From Zygnema circumcarinatum SAG 698-1b (taxonomy: Eukaryota; Plantae; Zygnematophyceae), in contig CM074813.1 in NCBI GenBank assembly GCA_037447605.1, positions 620,001 through 684,000 on the forward strand: DNA of 64,000 bases. The letters run 5' to 3'. How positions within the stretch are numbered: position 1 is the stretch's first letter; each line of letters opens with the position of its first letter. The notes under the pieces were generated by a model. The model was not told the origin of the DNA. It did not search any database and saw nothing but the letters and a program-made list of their open reading frames with translations. The translations under genes and the position numbers were made by a program. Shown here one piece after another: positions 47,601-60,389 of the stretch.

Positions 47601-50600
47601 ACATTCACAACATATGCTTTACAAGATGCGAGAATTTGAACATCCACCCAAAGGGAATTCGCAGCAGCTTGAATCCCTGCGGAAATTCTGCACAGAGTTT
47701 GGAAAATCAGTTACACCATTTTATGGAGGGAGTTAGAGAATTTCTGAGAACTTTGTGAAACAGAAAGGAGAACAGAAAACCCCCAAATTACAAATCACCA
47801 AGAGATCGGCCAATAGTTTTCCAGCATGTTACAGAAAATTTTAAATAAAAGGGAAAAAAATAAATTGAAATAGGAAATGCATAGTTTCAGCCTAAAGGAA
47901 ACTTACTGGGAGGCAGTTTTCTTCACACTTTGGATTTTCCAAGATTCCTTCTTATCTTCTGCATAGGCAGTGATCCTCACCAGTTACAGTCATTAGCACC
48001 AAGCAAATAGCCAAACTGCTAAAAACTTTCAGCTAGAATAGGAGAGAGAGAAAGCGGGAAAGGGGAAGGTGGATGAGGGTGGGAGAGAGGGGAGGGAGAG
48101 AAGGGGACGGTGCAGAGGGAGAGAGATGGGTGAAGAGGGAGGGGTAAAGGAGAGAATGAGATAACGAGAGAAAGAGAGAGAAGGGGAAGGAGAGGGAGGA
48201 CGGGGAAGGGAGCGAGGGTGCGGGGACAAGCACAGGAGAAACCTAACAATGAGAGGAGGGGAGAGGGGGGAGGAAGAGATAGAGAGAGAGAGAGAGAGAG
48301 GGTAGGCTGAGAAACCAGTCTTCCAGCAGGATCACACCTGTCTGCGTAGTTGGCAGAGGCGAGTCGCTCGACACATGATGCCCCCCTTCGTGACCTGCAG
48401 TACAACAAAAGCGACAACAACAACAGACACAGAAATCAGTCAGAGAGAGAGAGAGAGAGAGAAAGTGAGAGTGGTGGGGGGGAGGGGGAGAGAAGAGGGG
48501 ACGACAGAGAGAGTCCCCCTAACTGCCCAACCCCCAAAACCCTAAACCCTTCCCCCCCCCCCCCCTTTGGGCCCCCAGTCTCCCACCTCGCAAGGGAATC
48601 GGGCGCGAGACGAACCCGAACACGGCGAACGGAGCCATGCATAGAGCCTCCGCCACGAAGGCCGCTCTCCATGTGTTGAACTGCGCGGGCACAACGGCCC
48701 CGAGCATGTACCCGAGCGCGTACCCCGTCGGGATGCACAAATAGAACGCCGCCAACCACGAGATGCGCCGCGGGGGGGGGGCGCAGTCCGCGATGAAGGG
48801 GGCCGCAAGGTTCACGAAGGAGGCCTCGCCCACACCGACCAGCCTGAGGGGGAGGGAGGGGGGAGGGAGGGNNNNNNNNNNAAAACGTTAAAAGCCTTAA
48901 CTAAACTGGCCAGGGAAAGGGAAATTTCAGAAAATATAAAGGTATAGCTCCTAAACCCTAAGAGTTCAAATAAAAAAATGGGAAGATTATTTACCAGCTA
49001 CATTCACAACATATGCTTTACAAGATGCGAGAATTTGAACATCCACCCAAAGGGAATTCGCAGCAGCTTGAATCCCTGCGGAAATTCTGCACAGAGTTTG
49101 GAAAATCAGTTACACCATTTTATGGAGGGAGTTAGAGAATTTCTGAGAACTTTGTGAAACAGAAAGGAGAACAGAAAACCCCCAAATTACAAATCACCAA
49201 GAGATCGGCCAATAGTTTTCCAGCATGTTACAGAAAATTTTAAATAAAAGGGAAAAAAATAAATTGAAATAGGAAATGCATAGTTTCAGCCTAAAGGAAA
49301 CTTACTGGGAGGCAGTTTTCTTCACACTTTGGATTTTCCAAGATTCCTTCTTATCTTCTGCATAGGCAGTGATCCTCACCAGTTACAGTCATTAGCACCA
49401 AGCAAATAGCCAAACTGCTAAAAACTTTCAGCTAGAATAGGAGAGAGAGAAAGCGGGAAAGGGGAAGGTGGATGAGGGTGGGAGAGAGGGGAGGGAGAGA
49501 AGGGGACGGTGCAGAGGGAGAGAGATGGGTGAAGAGGGAGGGGTAAAGGAGAGAATGAGATAACGAGAGAAAGAGAGAGAAGGGGAAGGAGAGGGAGGAC
49601 GGGGAAGGGAGCGAGGGTGCGGGGACAAGCACAGGAGAAACCTAACAATGAGAGGAGGGGAGAGGGGGGAGGAAGAGATAGAGAGAGAGAGAGAGAGAGG
49701 GTAGGCTGAGAAACCAGTCTTCCAGCAGGATCACACCTGTCTGCGTAGTTGGCAGAGGCGAGTCGCTCGACACATGATGCCCCCCTTCGTGACCTGCAGT
49801 ACAACAAAAGCGACAACAACAACAGACACAGAAATCAGTCAGAGAGAGAGAGAGAGAGAGAAAGTGAGAGTGGTGGGGGGGAGGGGGAGAGAAGAGGGGA
49901 CGACAGAGAGAGTCCCCCTAACTGCCCAACCCCCAAAACCCTAAACCCTTCCCCCCCCCCCCCTTTGGGCCCCCAGTCTCCCACCTCGCAAGGGAATCGG
50001 GCGCGAGACGAACCCGAACACGGCGAACGGAGCCATGCATAGAGCCTCCGCCACGAAGGCCGCTCTCCATGTGTTGAACTGCGCGGGCACAACGGCCCCG
50101 AGCATGTACCCGAGCGCGTACCCCGTCGGGATGCACAAATAGAACGCCGCCAACCACGAGATGCGCCGCGGGGGGGGGGCGCAGTCCGCGATGAAGGGGG
50201 CCGCAAGGTTCACGAAGGAGGCCTCGCCCACACCGACCAGCCTGAGGGAGGGAGGGGGGGAGGGAGGGAGGGAGGAGGGGAGGGGGAGGGGGAGGGGGAG
50301 GGGGGAGGGGGAGGGGGAGGGGGAGGGGGAGGGGGAGGGGGAGGGGGAGGGGGAGGGGGGAAGGGGAAGGGGAGGGGGAGGGGGAGGGGGAGGAGGGAGG
50401 GAGGGAGGGGGGAGGGGGAGGGGGAGGGGGAGGGGGAGGGAGGGAGGGAGGGAGGGGGGAGGGGGAGGGGGAGGGGGAGGGGGAGGGGGAGGGGGAGGGG
50501 GAGGGGGAGGGGGAGGGGGAGGGGGAGGGGGAAGGGGAAGGGGAGGGGGAGGGGAGGGGAGGAGGGAGGGAGGGAGGGGGGAGGGGGAGGGGGGAGGGGG

Positions 50601-52193
50601 AGGGGGAGGAGGGAGGGAGGGAGGGGGGAGGGGGAGGGGGAGGGGGAGGGGGGAGGGGGAGGGGAGGGGAGGAGGGAGGGAGGGAGGGGGGGAGGGGGAG
50701 GGGGAGGGAGTAGGGTTCAGAATGTAGGGGCTAGGAATGGAGGGAGAGTTGGAGTGACAGAGAAATGGGGGATGGGGATAAAGACGCAGAGGAGAAAGGG
50801 GAATGTGGAGAAAGAAGCCTTATATGGAAGAGGAACAAGGATGATATACGCGCTGACGAAACGAGATCGAGCACGAGAGAGAGTAAAGAGAGAAAGAGAA
50901 CGAGAGAGAGCGAGGGAGGGAGAGAGAGAGAGAATGCGAGAATTAAGATCGAGAGGAGAGGAGAGGGAGAGCACTAACATGCGGCAAATGAAGAGAGTCC
51001 ACAGCCCTGTGGAGAAGGCGCAGCCGAAGACCGCCAGGGTCCACACGCTCAGCCCAATCCCAATGAGGCGGAAAGCAGGATAAAATTTTGCGCCCTCCGC
51101 AAAAAGAGGCGACGCCACCAAAAGGCCCACCATGAAGGCAGCGGGAAGCAGCCCGTCCTCAAAATTCGACAAGCCAAAATCTCCTCTGAAAATAATTGCA
51201 AATATGACCCTCTTCAGAAGGGTCAGTTTTAGGCAAGAGCCTGCGGACTGTCGAAGATTCGGCTGCTCGGTTGATGAAGTTTTTGGGTTTATGGTTATTG
51301 ATCTTTGAGGGTTTTGGAATTGAGGGTTTTTGATATGAGGGTTTCAACAATGAAGGAATTTAAGGAGCCGAGGATTAGTGTTGTAGAGTCTTAGGGCTTG
51401 AGGGGCTCCGGGTTTCAATGCTTCAAGAGTTATGGTTTTCAGGTGTAAGCGTTTTCAACTTGAGGGTGTTGGAGTTCCCAAGAATTTAGGGTTTAAGAAT
51501 TTAAATCACTCACTGAATTCCTGATCCTTCGAAGCACGCGCGATCGGCATCTGGAGGACAGTCTTTTTGAGGCGCCTGCCCGTTCACACCATTGCTGGCA
51601 ATGGCTCCGCGGTCAATGTAGTTGAGCATGTTGATGGTGCAGAATATGATCAGCATTCTGCAAAGATGCGGAAGTGTTTCTTAAGCAGAGTTTCGTTAGG
51701 GTTTTGCAATTTTTTAGGGTTCAGGAACGCTGAGGGTTTCAAAACGCGCAGGTCTTTCGGGTTTTGAGAATTTTGGGGGTTCAAGAACGCTTTGGATTTC
51801 AGGATTGCAGGGTTTGGAGGACCATGAGGGACTCAGGGCCTTTTAGGGTTAAGGTTTCAGGGCTTCAAGTTCGGATATTCAGGGATTGCAGCATTCGAGT
51901 TCCAAAATGGGGAACAGGAAATGTCGAAAGATGAATTTGGAAGCCATTGTATTGAGAAACGAAGAAATTCCAGGCGGAAAGGGAAGGAAGGAGAAAGAGA
52001 GAGAGACGGAGGGAGCGCGAGAGCGACGGAGGGAGAGAGAGAGAGACAGAGGGAGAAGGAGAGGGCGTTTCCTCTCTCACCGTGCAGGCGTGAACCATGC
52101 CGGAATGTCCCCTGCCTCCATATCCCTCTCCCTCTCCCTCCCTCTCTCCCTCTCCCTCTCCTCCCCATCCCCGCCCTCCAGCAGACCCGCCAT
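44611..52193 (-). CDS. Spinster-family (SPNS) MFS transporter, about 13 exons, some duplicated by the 47.5-50.3 kb repeat
   Basis: WFTPAR|MLIIFCTINMLNYIDRGAIASNGVNG, FEDGLLPAAFMVGLLVASPLFA, CRMLVGVGEASFVNLAAPFI, WLAAFYLCIPTGYALGY, AYTFVIGAYAFWGPKA and ALSTVTVHLLGDVPSPPVLG are all plant spinster-type motifs. ATG at 52193; stop at 44611. Confidence 0.93.
47483..50250. repeat. Near-identical ~1.39-kb direct repeat (47483-48871 and 48882-~50250) flanking a 10-N gap; probable assembly overlap
   Basis: Identical ORFs at offset 1399, then 1398 after a 1-bp difference in a C run. Confidence 0.9.
50245..50710. repeat. Nearly pure G/A (GGGGGA/GGGAGG)n tract, C-rich on the spinster sense strand just before an acceptor
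   Basis: Directly visible. Confidence 0.95.
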
Positions 52194-52259
52194 GGCGCTT
52201 CACCCTCCCTCTCGCTCTCTTTCCAGCTGGCCTTGCAAGGCTCCCAACGGTTGCCCGAG

Positions 52260-52700
52260 ATTCCGCGCTACTGTACGTCCAAAAAATTGTACAACATTGC
52301 AATCCGTACAGTATCAGTTAACTGATGTTCTGTTAGTTGTGCAACCGGAAGTGTGCCGTACGATTCAACAGATAGCAATCTATGGAACGCAGCAGTTAAA
52401 CAGTTCAACAGCCAAACTGTTCATATAGATCTTTTTTAAATTAAACGACTCAACGATCAGATGACTTTAAAAAGGGGCCGGTTGGAAATGAGGGAGGGTT
52501 TTTTGTCGTGTAGCGAAGTCACCAAAAAGTACAGTTGCCAAAAGCGGAGGGTCCCTTCAGCCGTACGGCCGCAGGGACCCGCCGGTGACCGAGGGACCTC
52601 GCTGCCCCCTCGGATGACGCTGGGCGGCAACCGCTGGGGACTTTTGGGGACTCACCGTACGGTATGGTACAAAGCCGGAAACATCTGATCGTACGGCTTG
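52260..52700. promoter_or_regulatory. Putative bidirectional promoter (spinster/MetAP1) with a GTAC cluster
   Basis: GTAC at 52273, 52289, 52306, 52358, 52529, 52563, 52657, 52667 and 52691, between divergent ATGs at 52193 and 52986. Confidence 0.5.
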
Positions 52701-52985
52701 AGCTGTGTTTTTATTCCAGCCAATCCGACTGCTGTATGTTTGTTTTTTGGGCTCTGGCCTTATTTGGACTGTCCGATTCAGGTAGAGGCGTGCGCATAGC
52801 GCTACGATCCAATTTGGTGTGCATTAACGTGGTCGAAGCAAGAAAGCCACACTAGTTCTATGATCATTCTCACAGTCCCGCTCGCCGTTTGATTTTCTCG
52901 AGTTCTCCATAGAGCGGCACGTCAAAATTTTCCCGTTGGGCCCCTCGCCCCTCCCCGCCTTACCGCCCGACCGCCCTCCGACGCC

Positions 52986-55900
52986 ATGGCGGCCGTGTGC
53001 TCGCCATGGCGCCCCGTTGCAGCGCGAGCGGCGCCCACCGCCATGGCCGCGGCGGAGCAGAAGTCCGCCTTTTGGGGAGGCCCGCAGCTGTTCCGCCTTC
53101 CTCGCGCTGGGGCGGCTCGAGGTGCGCCTACTTCGCCCTGCCGCGCTGAGTTCTAAACCCTTCGGCTTGTTCTCCTAGTCTTGCATTCCGCAGCATCCTG
53201 AACCTTAAAACCTTCGGCTTGTCCAATTATTGCATTCCGCAGCATTCTGAACCCTGAACCCTTCGGCTTGTTCTCCAAGTCTTGCATTCCGCAGCATCCT
53301 GAACCCTAAACCCTTCGGATTGTTCTCCAAGTCTTGCATTCCGCAGCATCCTTAACCCCGAACCCTTCGTCTTGTTCTCCAAGTCTTGCATTCCGCAGCA
53401 TCATGAACCCTGAACCCTTCGGCTTGTTCTCCTAGTCTTGCATTCCGCAGCATCCTTAACCCTGAACCCTTCGTCTTGTTCTCCAAGTCTTGCATTCCGC
53501 AGCATCCTGAACCCTAAACCCTTCGTCTTGTTCTCCAAGACTTGCATTCTGCAGCATCCTGAACCCTGAACCCTGCGCGCTGCACTCTCTGAAACTTGCA
53601 CTAATTCTGTGTTTGAACCCGCGTACTCCTTACTGTCTGAACCCTGGGCTCCGCATTTTTTCTGCACCCTGAACCTGAACCCTGAATTTGACGTGCTAGT
53701 CCCTGGAATTGGCATTCCGAGCCCTGAACCCTGCCTCACCTTGACTTGCAAGCCCAGTACTTCAAATTCATGCATCATCAGCCCTGAACCCTGAACCCTG
53801 GACCCTGCGCTCTGAATCTCGCAGCGTAAATTCTGCATTCTGAAACCTAAGCTATTGACTCTTGTCTCTGAGTTCTTAGCAAACCTCCGTTTTGTTTGCT
53901 GTTTTGATCCTTAAACCCTCAGCCCTATTCGGCATTTCAAAGACTTGCTTTCTGTCCCGGAGCCTTGAACCCTCGACTAAGTTTATGTCTCGGTCCTTAA
54001 GGCTGTGGCCCTGAACCCTGAGCTTTGAATTTTCTTTGATAATTAAATAGACTTGTAAAGAATATCGTTTTCTTACATTGATATTTTGGTACATAAATCA
54101 ACGCCTCTGCATGCAAATTGTGTTTTTTAAAAGCAATTTTTCTGAAGGCAGTATTGAACCGATGTGGTGAAGCTGTCAGGTACCAAAGCAGCGCCGCGGG
54201 GCTTTGTAATTCTGATGGCAAGGAAGCGGCTTGGATTCGCTGAACTTTTTTCAAAGGCGAGGTGAGACACTGAAGTGTCCGGGGAAGGGGAGGGAGGGAA
54301 GGGGAAGAGAGAGTGGGAGAGAGGGGAGGCGAGAGAGAAAGAGAGAGTGGTGAGGGAGGGATGAGGGGGTCGAGAGAGAGGGGGGCTAGAGTGAGAGGGG
54401 CCGAGAGAGAGAAGAAGGGAGTGAGGGAGGTGGGGGAGAGAAGCCAGGTAGAGTGGAGAGATGTAATGCGGTAGAGAGTGAGATATGCAAGTTCGGAAAG
54501 AAAAAGTAATAATTTGTGAAATCTCGTCATCGAATGCTTGTTTCTCATTCCCTCAGGAAACTAGAGAACAAAAAAGGCCGAAAATGAAAACTAAATGTAG
54601 ACGGAAATTTAACGCAGGGAGAGGAAAGAACAAGTGAAATACTAAGAAAATTAAACAAAAAGTTTTGATGATGCATGCCTCACCTCTGCAGTCCTCAAAA
54701 AATAAAACGCCCGCCGTTAAGGCCCGGAAATGTTTCGCCTCCGCTGCCCGTCCCCCCGGGCATCCTGAGGCCTCCCTACGCGGACTCGGGCAAGATGCCG
54801 AAATGGGACGATAAGTTTCAAATTCACGACGAGGAGGGCATTCGGAAGATGAAGGCGGCGGGAAAGTTGGCGGCAGAAGTCCGTGATTTCGCTGGAACCC
54901 TCGTGAAGGTGAGGGAGAGTGTGTGTGTGGGGGAGAGGGAAGGTGGGAGAGGGAGAGAGAGAGCGAGAGAAAGTGTGTGTGGGAAGGGGAGAGAGGGAGA
55001 GAGGGAGAGAGGGAGAGAGTCTGTGTGAGGGAAGGGGGAAGAGAGAGTGTGTGTGAGGGAAGGTGGGAGAGAGAGAGAGAGAGAAAGTGAGTGTGGGAAG
55101 GGGAGAGAGGGAGAGTGTGTGTGTGTGAGGGAAGAGGGAAGACAGAGAGAGTGTATGTGTGTGAGGGAAGGCGGGAGAAGAAGAGAATGTGTGTGTGAGC
55201 GAGAGAGAGAGAGTGACTAATTGCCTCTCTTTTAAGGTATCTGTCAATTCGCTTTTAGAGCTTAAACATCTTTAGTCTTCGAGATTCAGACTCCGTGTTC
55301 TAGTCGCTACTTCAACCCCACTTTCAATCTCCATTCTCCTTTTTTTTAGAAATTCTGCATGTATTGACTTGTAGAGTTTAGGGTTTTGGCTGCCTGGGAG
55401 CCTTCAGGTGGGAGTGACAACCGACGCCATAGACAAGGCGGTGCATGAAATGATCACCGCCGCGGGGGCCTACCCCTCCCCTCTCAACTATGGCGGATTT
55501 CCAAAGTCCGTCTGCACCTCCGTCAACGAATGCATCTGTCATGGAATCCCCGACTCGCGGCCTCTTGAGGTGAGTCCAAGCACGGGATAAGGGTTCTTGG
55601 GGTTTTGGGGTTTTGGGTTTTTGGGGTTTTATGGTTTATGGATTTGGGGTTTGGGGGTTTGGCGGTTTGGGATTTGGGGTTTTGGGTTTGGGGGTTTTGG
55701 GGTTTTGGGGTTTAGGGGTTTTGGGGTTTTGGGGATTTGGAATATTGGAATTTTAGAATTTTGGAATTTTAGAATTTTGGAATTTTGGTACTTTGGATTT
55801 GGGGGGGAATCTGGGCTGGAATCTGAGCTTTTTCAGTTTTGGGGTTTTTGGGGTTTTGGTTTTTGGGGATTTGGGGGTGTCAGGGCTTTGAGATTTTGGC

Positions 55901-56966
55901 TTTTAGGGTTTTGGAGTTTGAGTTTTGGGGTTTTTAGGTTTTGTGGGATTTAGGGATTCTGGATTTGTAAGCGTTTTGGGGCTTGAGGGTTGAAGTTTTC
56001 GGACTTTTAGGTTTCGACTTAAATAGTTTTTGGAGTTTAGAACTTTGAGAGGTCTGTTGGGGTTGTAAGTTCCTTTTGGTTGCAGGGAACTAAAAAGTTT
56101 CCAGAGTTCGAAGAACTTAATTTATTTTCTTGGCACCTATGTGGAGGGATGGATGTTTAGGATGGTGACATCATCAACATCGACGTGACCGTTTATCTTG
56201 ATGTGAGCTCTCGTCTCCATCTCTCACTTTTCTCTCTGCCCCTCTCTCTCTGTCTTCGCTCTCTCTGTTGTCTGTCTCTCACACTCTCTCGGTCTCCCGC
56301 TCCCCCTTTCTTTCTCTCCCTCGCAATCTACCTCTCTCCCCCTTTTCCTTTCTCCCACTCCTGTCTCCTTCCTCCCTCTCCTCTCTTTTTCATACTCTCG
56401 TTCGGAGCTATGCAGGGCTACCATGGAGACACATCCAAAACATTTTTTTGCGGTTCCGTTAACGAGGAGGCTCAGCGGCTTGTGGAGGTGAATTTTTTTT
56501 TTTTAAACACTCAAAATAAGCAAAATGTGTTGGGTCTAATTCTTGTTCTGCTTCGTTGCATTGTTTTCTATTTATTTGCTTGATTTCTCCCTTATCTTCC
56601 TTTTTCTTTTTCTTTCTTTCCATTTTTTTTTGGGGGGGAATGACAGGTGACGAGGGAAGCGCTGGATAAATCAATTTTGATGTGCGGACCTGGTGTCGAA
56701 TTTAGAGTTATTGGAAACACAATCCAGTAAGCAGCTACACTCTTCTCTGAGAAAAAAAGGGCGAAAATAATTTTATTTATGATTTTATTAAATTGAGGAT
56801 GTCCTTTTTTTCCTCCCTCTCTCCCTCTCTCCTTCTGACCCTCCCTCTCCCCTTGGCGTTCTCAGTGACATTGCGGACAAGCACAAGTACGGAGTTGTAC
56901 GGACATTTGTGGGACATGGAGTCGGCCGCGCCTTTCATTCCGGGCCCACTGTTGTGCACTATCGTG

Positions 56967-57025
<59 letters not shown>

Positions 57026-57576
57026 TCTCCCGCCACTTTCTCTCTCCCTCTCACTTTTCTTTTCAGGTCAATGTCAACTGCCTGACCATGCATACCCTTG
57101 TTGTGTGGACATCTATTCGCAGGAAACAATGACAGGTCGAAGATGGTGGTGGGCCAAACCTTCACAATTGGTACGCTGGCTTTCTGCACTGTGCCCTAAA
57201 CCTTTCGAATTCCTAACAACCCAAACATTGGCTGTTTTTTTCTTTTTTTTTTTAAATCACATCTCGTTCGTTTCGATGCATTTCTCTCATTTTTTCTCTT
57301 CCAAAAATTGGAGGGTTTGAGGGTTCAAACTTTCCTGACTTCGAGTTTTGCAAAGAAAACATCTACTCTCGGCCATTCTTGTGAAACCGCGTCCTATTAA
57401 AATAAGTTCATTTTTTGCGGTTTTGGGGTTCAGAGCCGATGTTGACTCTTGGAAACCCGAAGGGGTACATGTGGGACGATGACTGGACCGTTGTGACGGA
57501 AGACGGGTCGCTCTCTGCTCAGTTCGAGCACACAATTCTCATCACAGAAACCGGCTCGGAGGTGCTCACTCCGTAG
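52986..57576 (+). CDS. MAP1: Organellar type-1 methionine aminopeptidase with a transit-peptide-like N-terminus; about 10 exons
   Basis: [11 protein letters not shown]...[92 protein letters not shown] and [19 protein letters not shown] include the metal ligands D, D, H, E, E. Confidence 0.95.
53158..53575 (+). repeat. 52-bp minisatellite, 8 copies, in MetAP1 intron 1
   Basis: Unit CCCTTCGGCTTGTTCTCCAAGTCTTGCATTCCGCAGCATCCTGAACCCTAAA; TTCG cores at 53161, 53213, 53262, 53314, 53366, 53418, 53470 and 53522. Confidence 0.95.
55585..55950 (+). repeat. Degenerate (TTTTGGGG)n-type array in a MetAP1 intron, grading into TTTTAGAA/TTTTGGAA
   Basis: Directly visible, starting about 20 nt after the donor at 55570. 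Confidence 0.85.
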
Positions 57577-58269
57577 CTTCACCTCGTGCGTTTAAAGGTG
57601 GAATGAATACCTGTTACCTCTGTTGGAATAAATAAGGAGAGAGAGTGAAAGAGAGAGAGAGTGAAAGTAAGAGGGAGTGAGAAGAGAGGGAGAGAGAGGG
57701 AGAGAGAGAGAGCGGGAGAGAGAGAGAGCGGGAGAGAGAGCGAGAGAGAGAGAGAAAGAAACGAACGAAAGAAAGAAAGAGAGGGTTGTGGGGGGGGCGG
57801 TAGACTCGCCAGGGGATGTCTGTTACATCAGCCTGCCGACTATTGGACTAATATTTTATAACCCGTAGTTGTCTATAAACTCATTTTTTTCCTTGTTTAA
57901 CAAGTTATTTTATAACCTTGTTTTGGATCCTTCAGTTTACATGGCTGGAAATGTAATGTGAAAATGGCCGATAACAGGAAGTTCTGGTTCGTGCATCTCC
58001 TGCTCTGCTCCTAAAATAAAAGGCTTTCGTTCACGTTGTGGGGGACACTACTCCCACGCCAAAAACAGTATTATAATTTTGAACAAATAAACAAATTTAC
58101 GCGACACAATGTGCGATCAAAATTCTCGATCAAAACGATTTAGTTAGCGTGAAAATTTACAAACCGAATTTGAGACATGAGTGGGACTAGTAGAAACTAC
58201 CCCTTTTCCGTCTCCCTTCTCCCCCTCCCACTCCCCTCCCTCTACCTCTCTCTCATTCTCCTTCACCCT

Positions 58270-58495
58270 CTCCTCCCCCTCTCCCTCTCCCTCTCCCTCT
58301 CCCTCTCCCTCTCCCTCTCTCCCTCTCCCTCTCCCTCTCCCTCTCCCTCTCCCTCTCTCCCTCTCCCTCTCCCTCTCCCTCTCTCCCTCTCCTCTCCCTC
58401 TCCCTCTCCCTCTCCCTCTCCCTCTCCCTCTCCCTCTCCCTCTCCCTCTCCCTCTCCCTCTCCCTCTCCCTTTACCTCTCCCTCTCCCCCTCCCC
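58270..58495. repeat. (CTCTCC)n hexanucleotide array between the convergent MetAP1 and HDDC2 3' ends
   Basis: Directly visible. Confidence 0.95.
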
Positions 58496-58641
58496 CTTCC
58501 CCGCTATGACCCATTCCCTCACCTTGAAAAATGGAAAATTCTGAGCGTACTCTGGGATAAAAAATGACTACTCAATGGACAACCCGAAACCAATATTCTC
58601 CTTTTCTATCGTACAGCTCCGCTCAGTGCACATGCGCTCAG

Positions 58642-60354
58642 TTACGACTCCGTAACTTCCTGCGGCGCGTCACTTGTGGGAGTGTTCCGTTGCTCACGAC
58701 GGGATACCACCTCCGCAGCCCACGCCTGTCCTAAAGGCGTTTGGAACTTTCCTGCAGCGATAGAGAAGAAATGAGGGGAAGGGGAGAGCGAGAGAGAGTG
58801 AGAGAGAGTGAGAGAGAGATAGAGAGAGTGAGAGTAAGAGTAAGAGAGAGAGAGTGGGTGACAGAGATAGAGTGAGAGAGAGGGGGGGTGAGGCTGGTCT
58901 AAAGGGAAATTAGGGTTTTGGAAGTTCCCGCAGAGTGACAGAAAGTGGAGAGAGTAAGAGATAGAGGGAACAGTAAGGGACTAAGGGCACACCTCTGGTG
59001 CTGTCAAAGAAGTCCTGCAGGACCAGGCCTTGCGCTGCACAAAATGTAGCCCCCAATGCTGTAATCAGCAACTGAAAACGTGAGAGAGAGAGAGAGGGGG
59101 CAAGAGAGGGAAGGAGAGAGGGAGAGGAGAGGCATAGCGGAGTGAATGGTGGGGCGAAAAATGGTGAAGAAAGGACAAAGAGATAGCGAGAGGGAGGGAA
59201 GGAGCGAGGAGAGGAGGAGAGAAAACACAGACACACGCATCACCTTGTTCATACTCCGTCGCCTGCAAAATCATTTCCACCTGCATGCACAGCCCACCGC
59301 TTCCTCAGAAAAACGAGGGAAGAGCTTCAATCTCTTCCCATAAGAATCTCAGGAAAGAAAGTAGTAGAAACAGACATTCAATTCTGAAAACCGTAAAGAG
59401 GAAAAAACACCAAGACCCAAAAGAAGACCCTAAAACCCCTAAAAAACCTGATGACGTCACAACCTCAAAACCCTAATCCCTGAAAAGGCCTAAACCCTAC
59501 CATTTTGCATCTTCAATCCATTCAAAGAGGAGCGGTTCGTACCTTATCGAAATCCTTCACCAATTTTGCCTCCGGAGATGCGTTGGCCTCATACTCCTCC
59601 CACAGCTCCATCATCTCCTCAGCTGCTTCCCACCCGCAGGATGTTCCACAACTGCTTCAGGGTTGCAGGGTTTAGAGTTGGGGGGGGTTAGGGTTTAGGG
59701 TTGGGGGTGTTAGGGTTTAGGGTTTAGGGTTTAGAGTTAGGGGGGTTAGGGTATAGGGTTGGGGAGTTAGGGTTTAGGGTTTAGGGTTTAGAGTTTAAGG
59801 TTTCGGGTTTCGGGTTGGGGGGGTTAGGGTTTAGGGTCTGGTTTCAAAGGTTAAGATTCAAGGGTTTTAGGAAGATCAAAGTTACCAGGGCTTAAGACGA
59901 GTTACGACGAGTTTTGACTTATTTCTCCCTCATGCTCTTTTTTTGGCATAATTCCGCCGTTACCGATACTTCTTTCACATGCAGTCATTACTTTTTTATT
60001 TTATTTCATCTCTTCATTCATCAATAACGTTCCTCATACTTGTCTAAAACCACCCTCCTTTCTTTGTTCCGTTTTTTCACCTGCCGGTCCCCCTCCCAGA
60101 GCGGAGCGGAGTTCCTCCATGGCGGCCGCCTCCCGCCGTCGCTTCTCCTCGCGGCTCACTCCGTCCGAGGGAGTGATGTCGCCGACAATCGCTGCAAGCA
60201 GGGGTTAGGGTTCAGGGGTTAGGGGTAGGGTTCGGATTAGGGTTAGGATTAGGGTTAGAATTAGGGTTAGGATTAGGGTTGAGGGTTTGAGGTTGTGGGT
60301 TCAAGGTTGAGGGTTGAGCGTTGACGAACGAGGGAGAAAGCGAGAGGGAGAAAT

Positions 60355-60389
<35 letters not shown>

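Noticed and set aside
53158-53575. CRISPR-like appearance of regularly spaced repeats (also 17150-18008)
   Set aside because: Units are head-to-tail without unique spacers, the context is a eukaryotic intron, and there are no cas genes.
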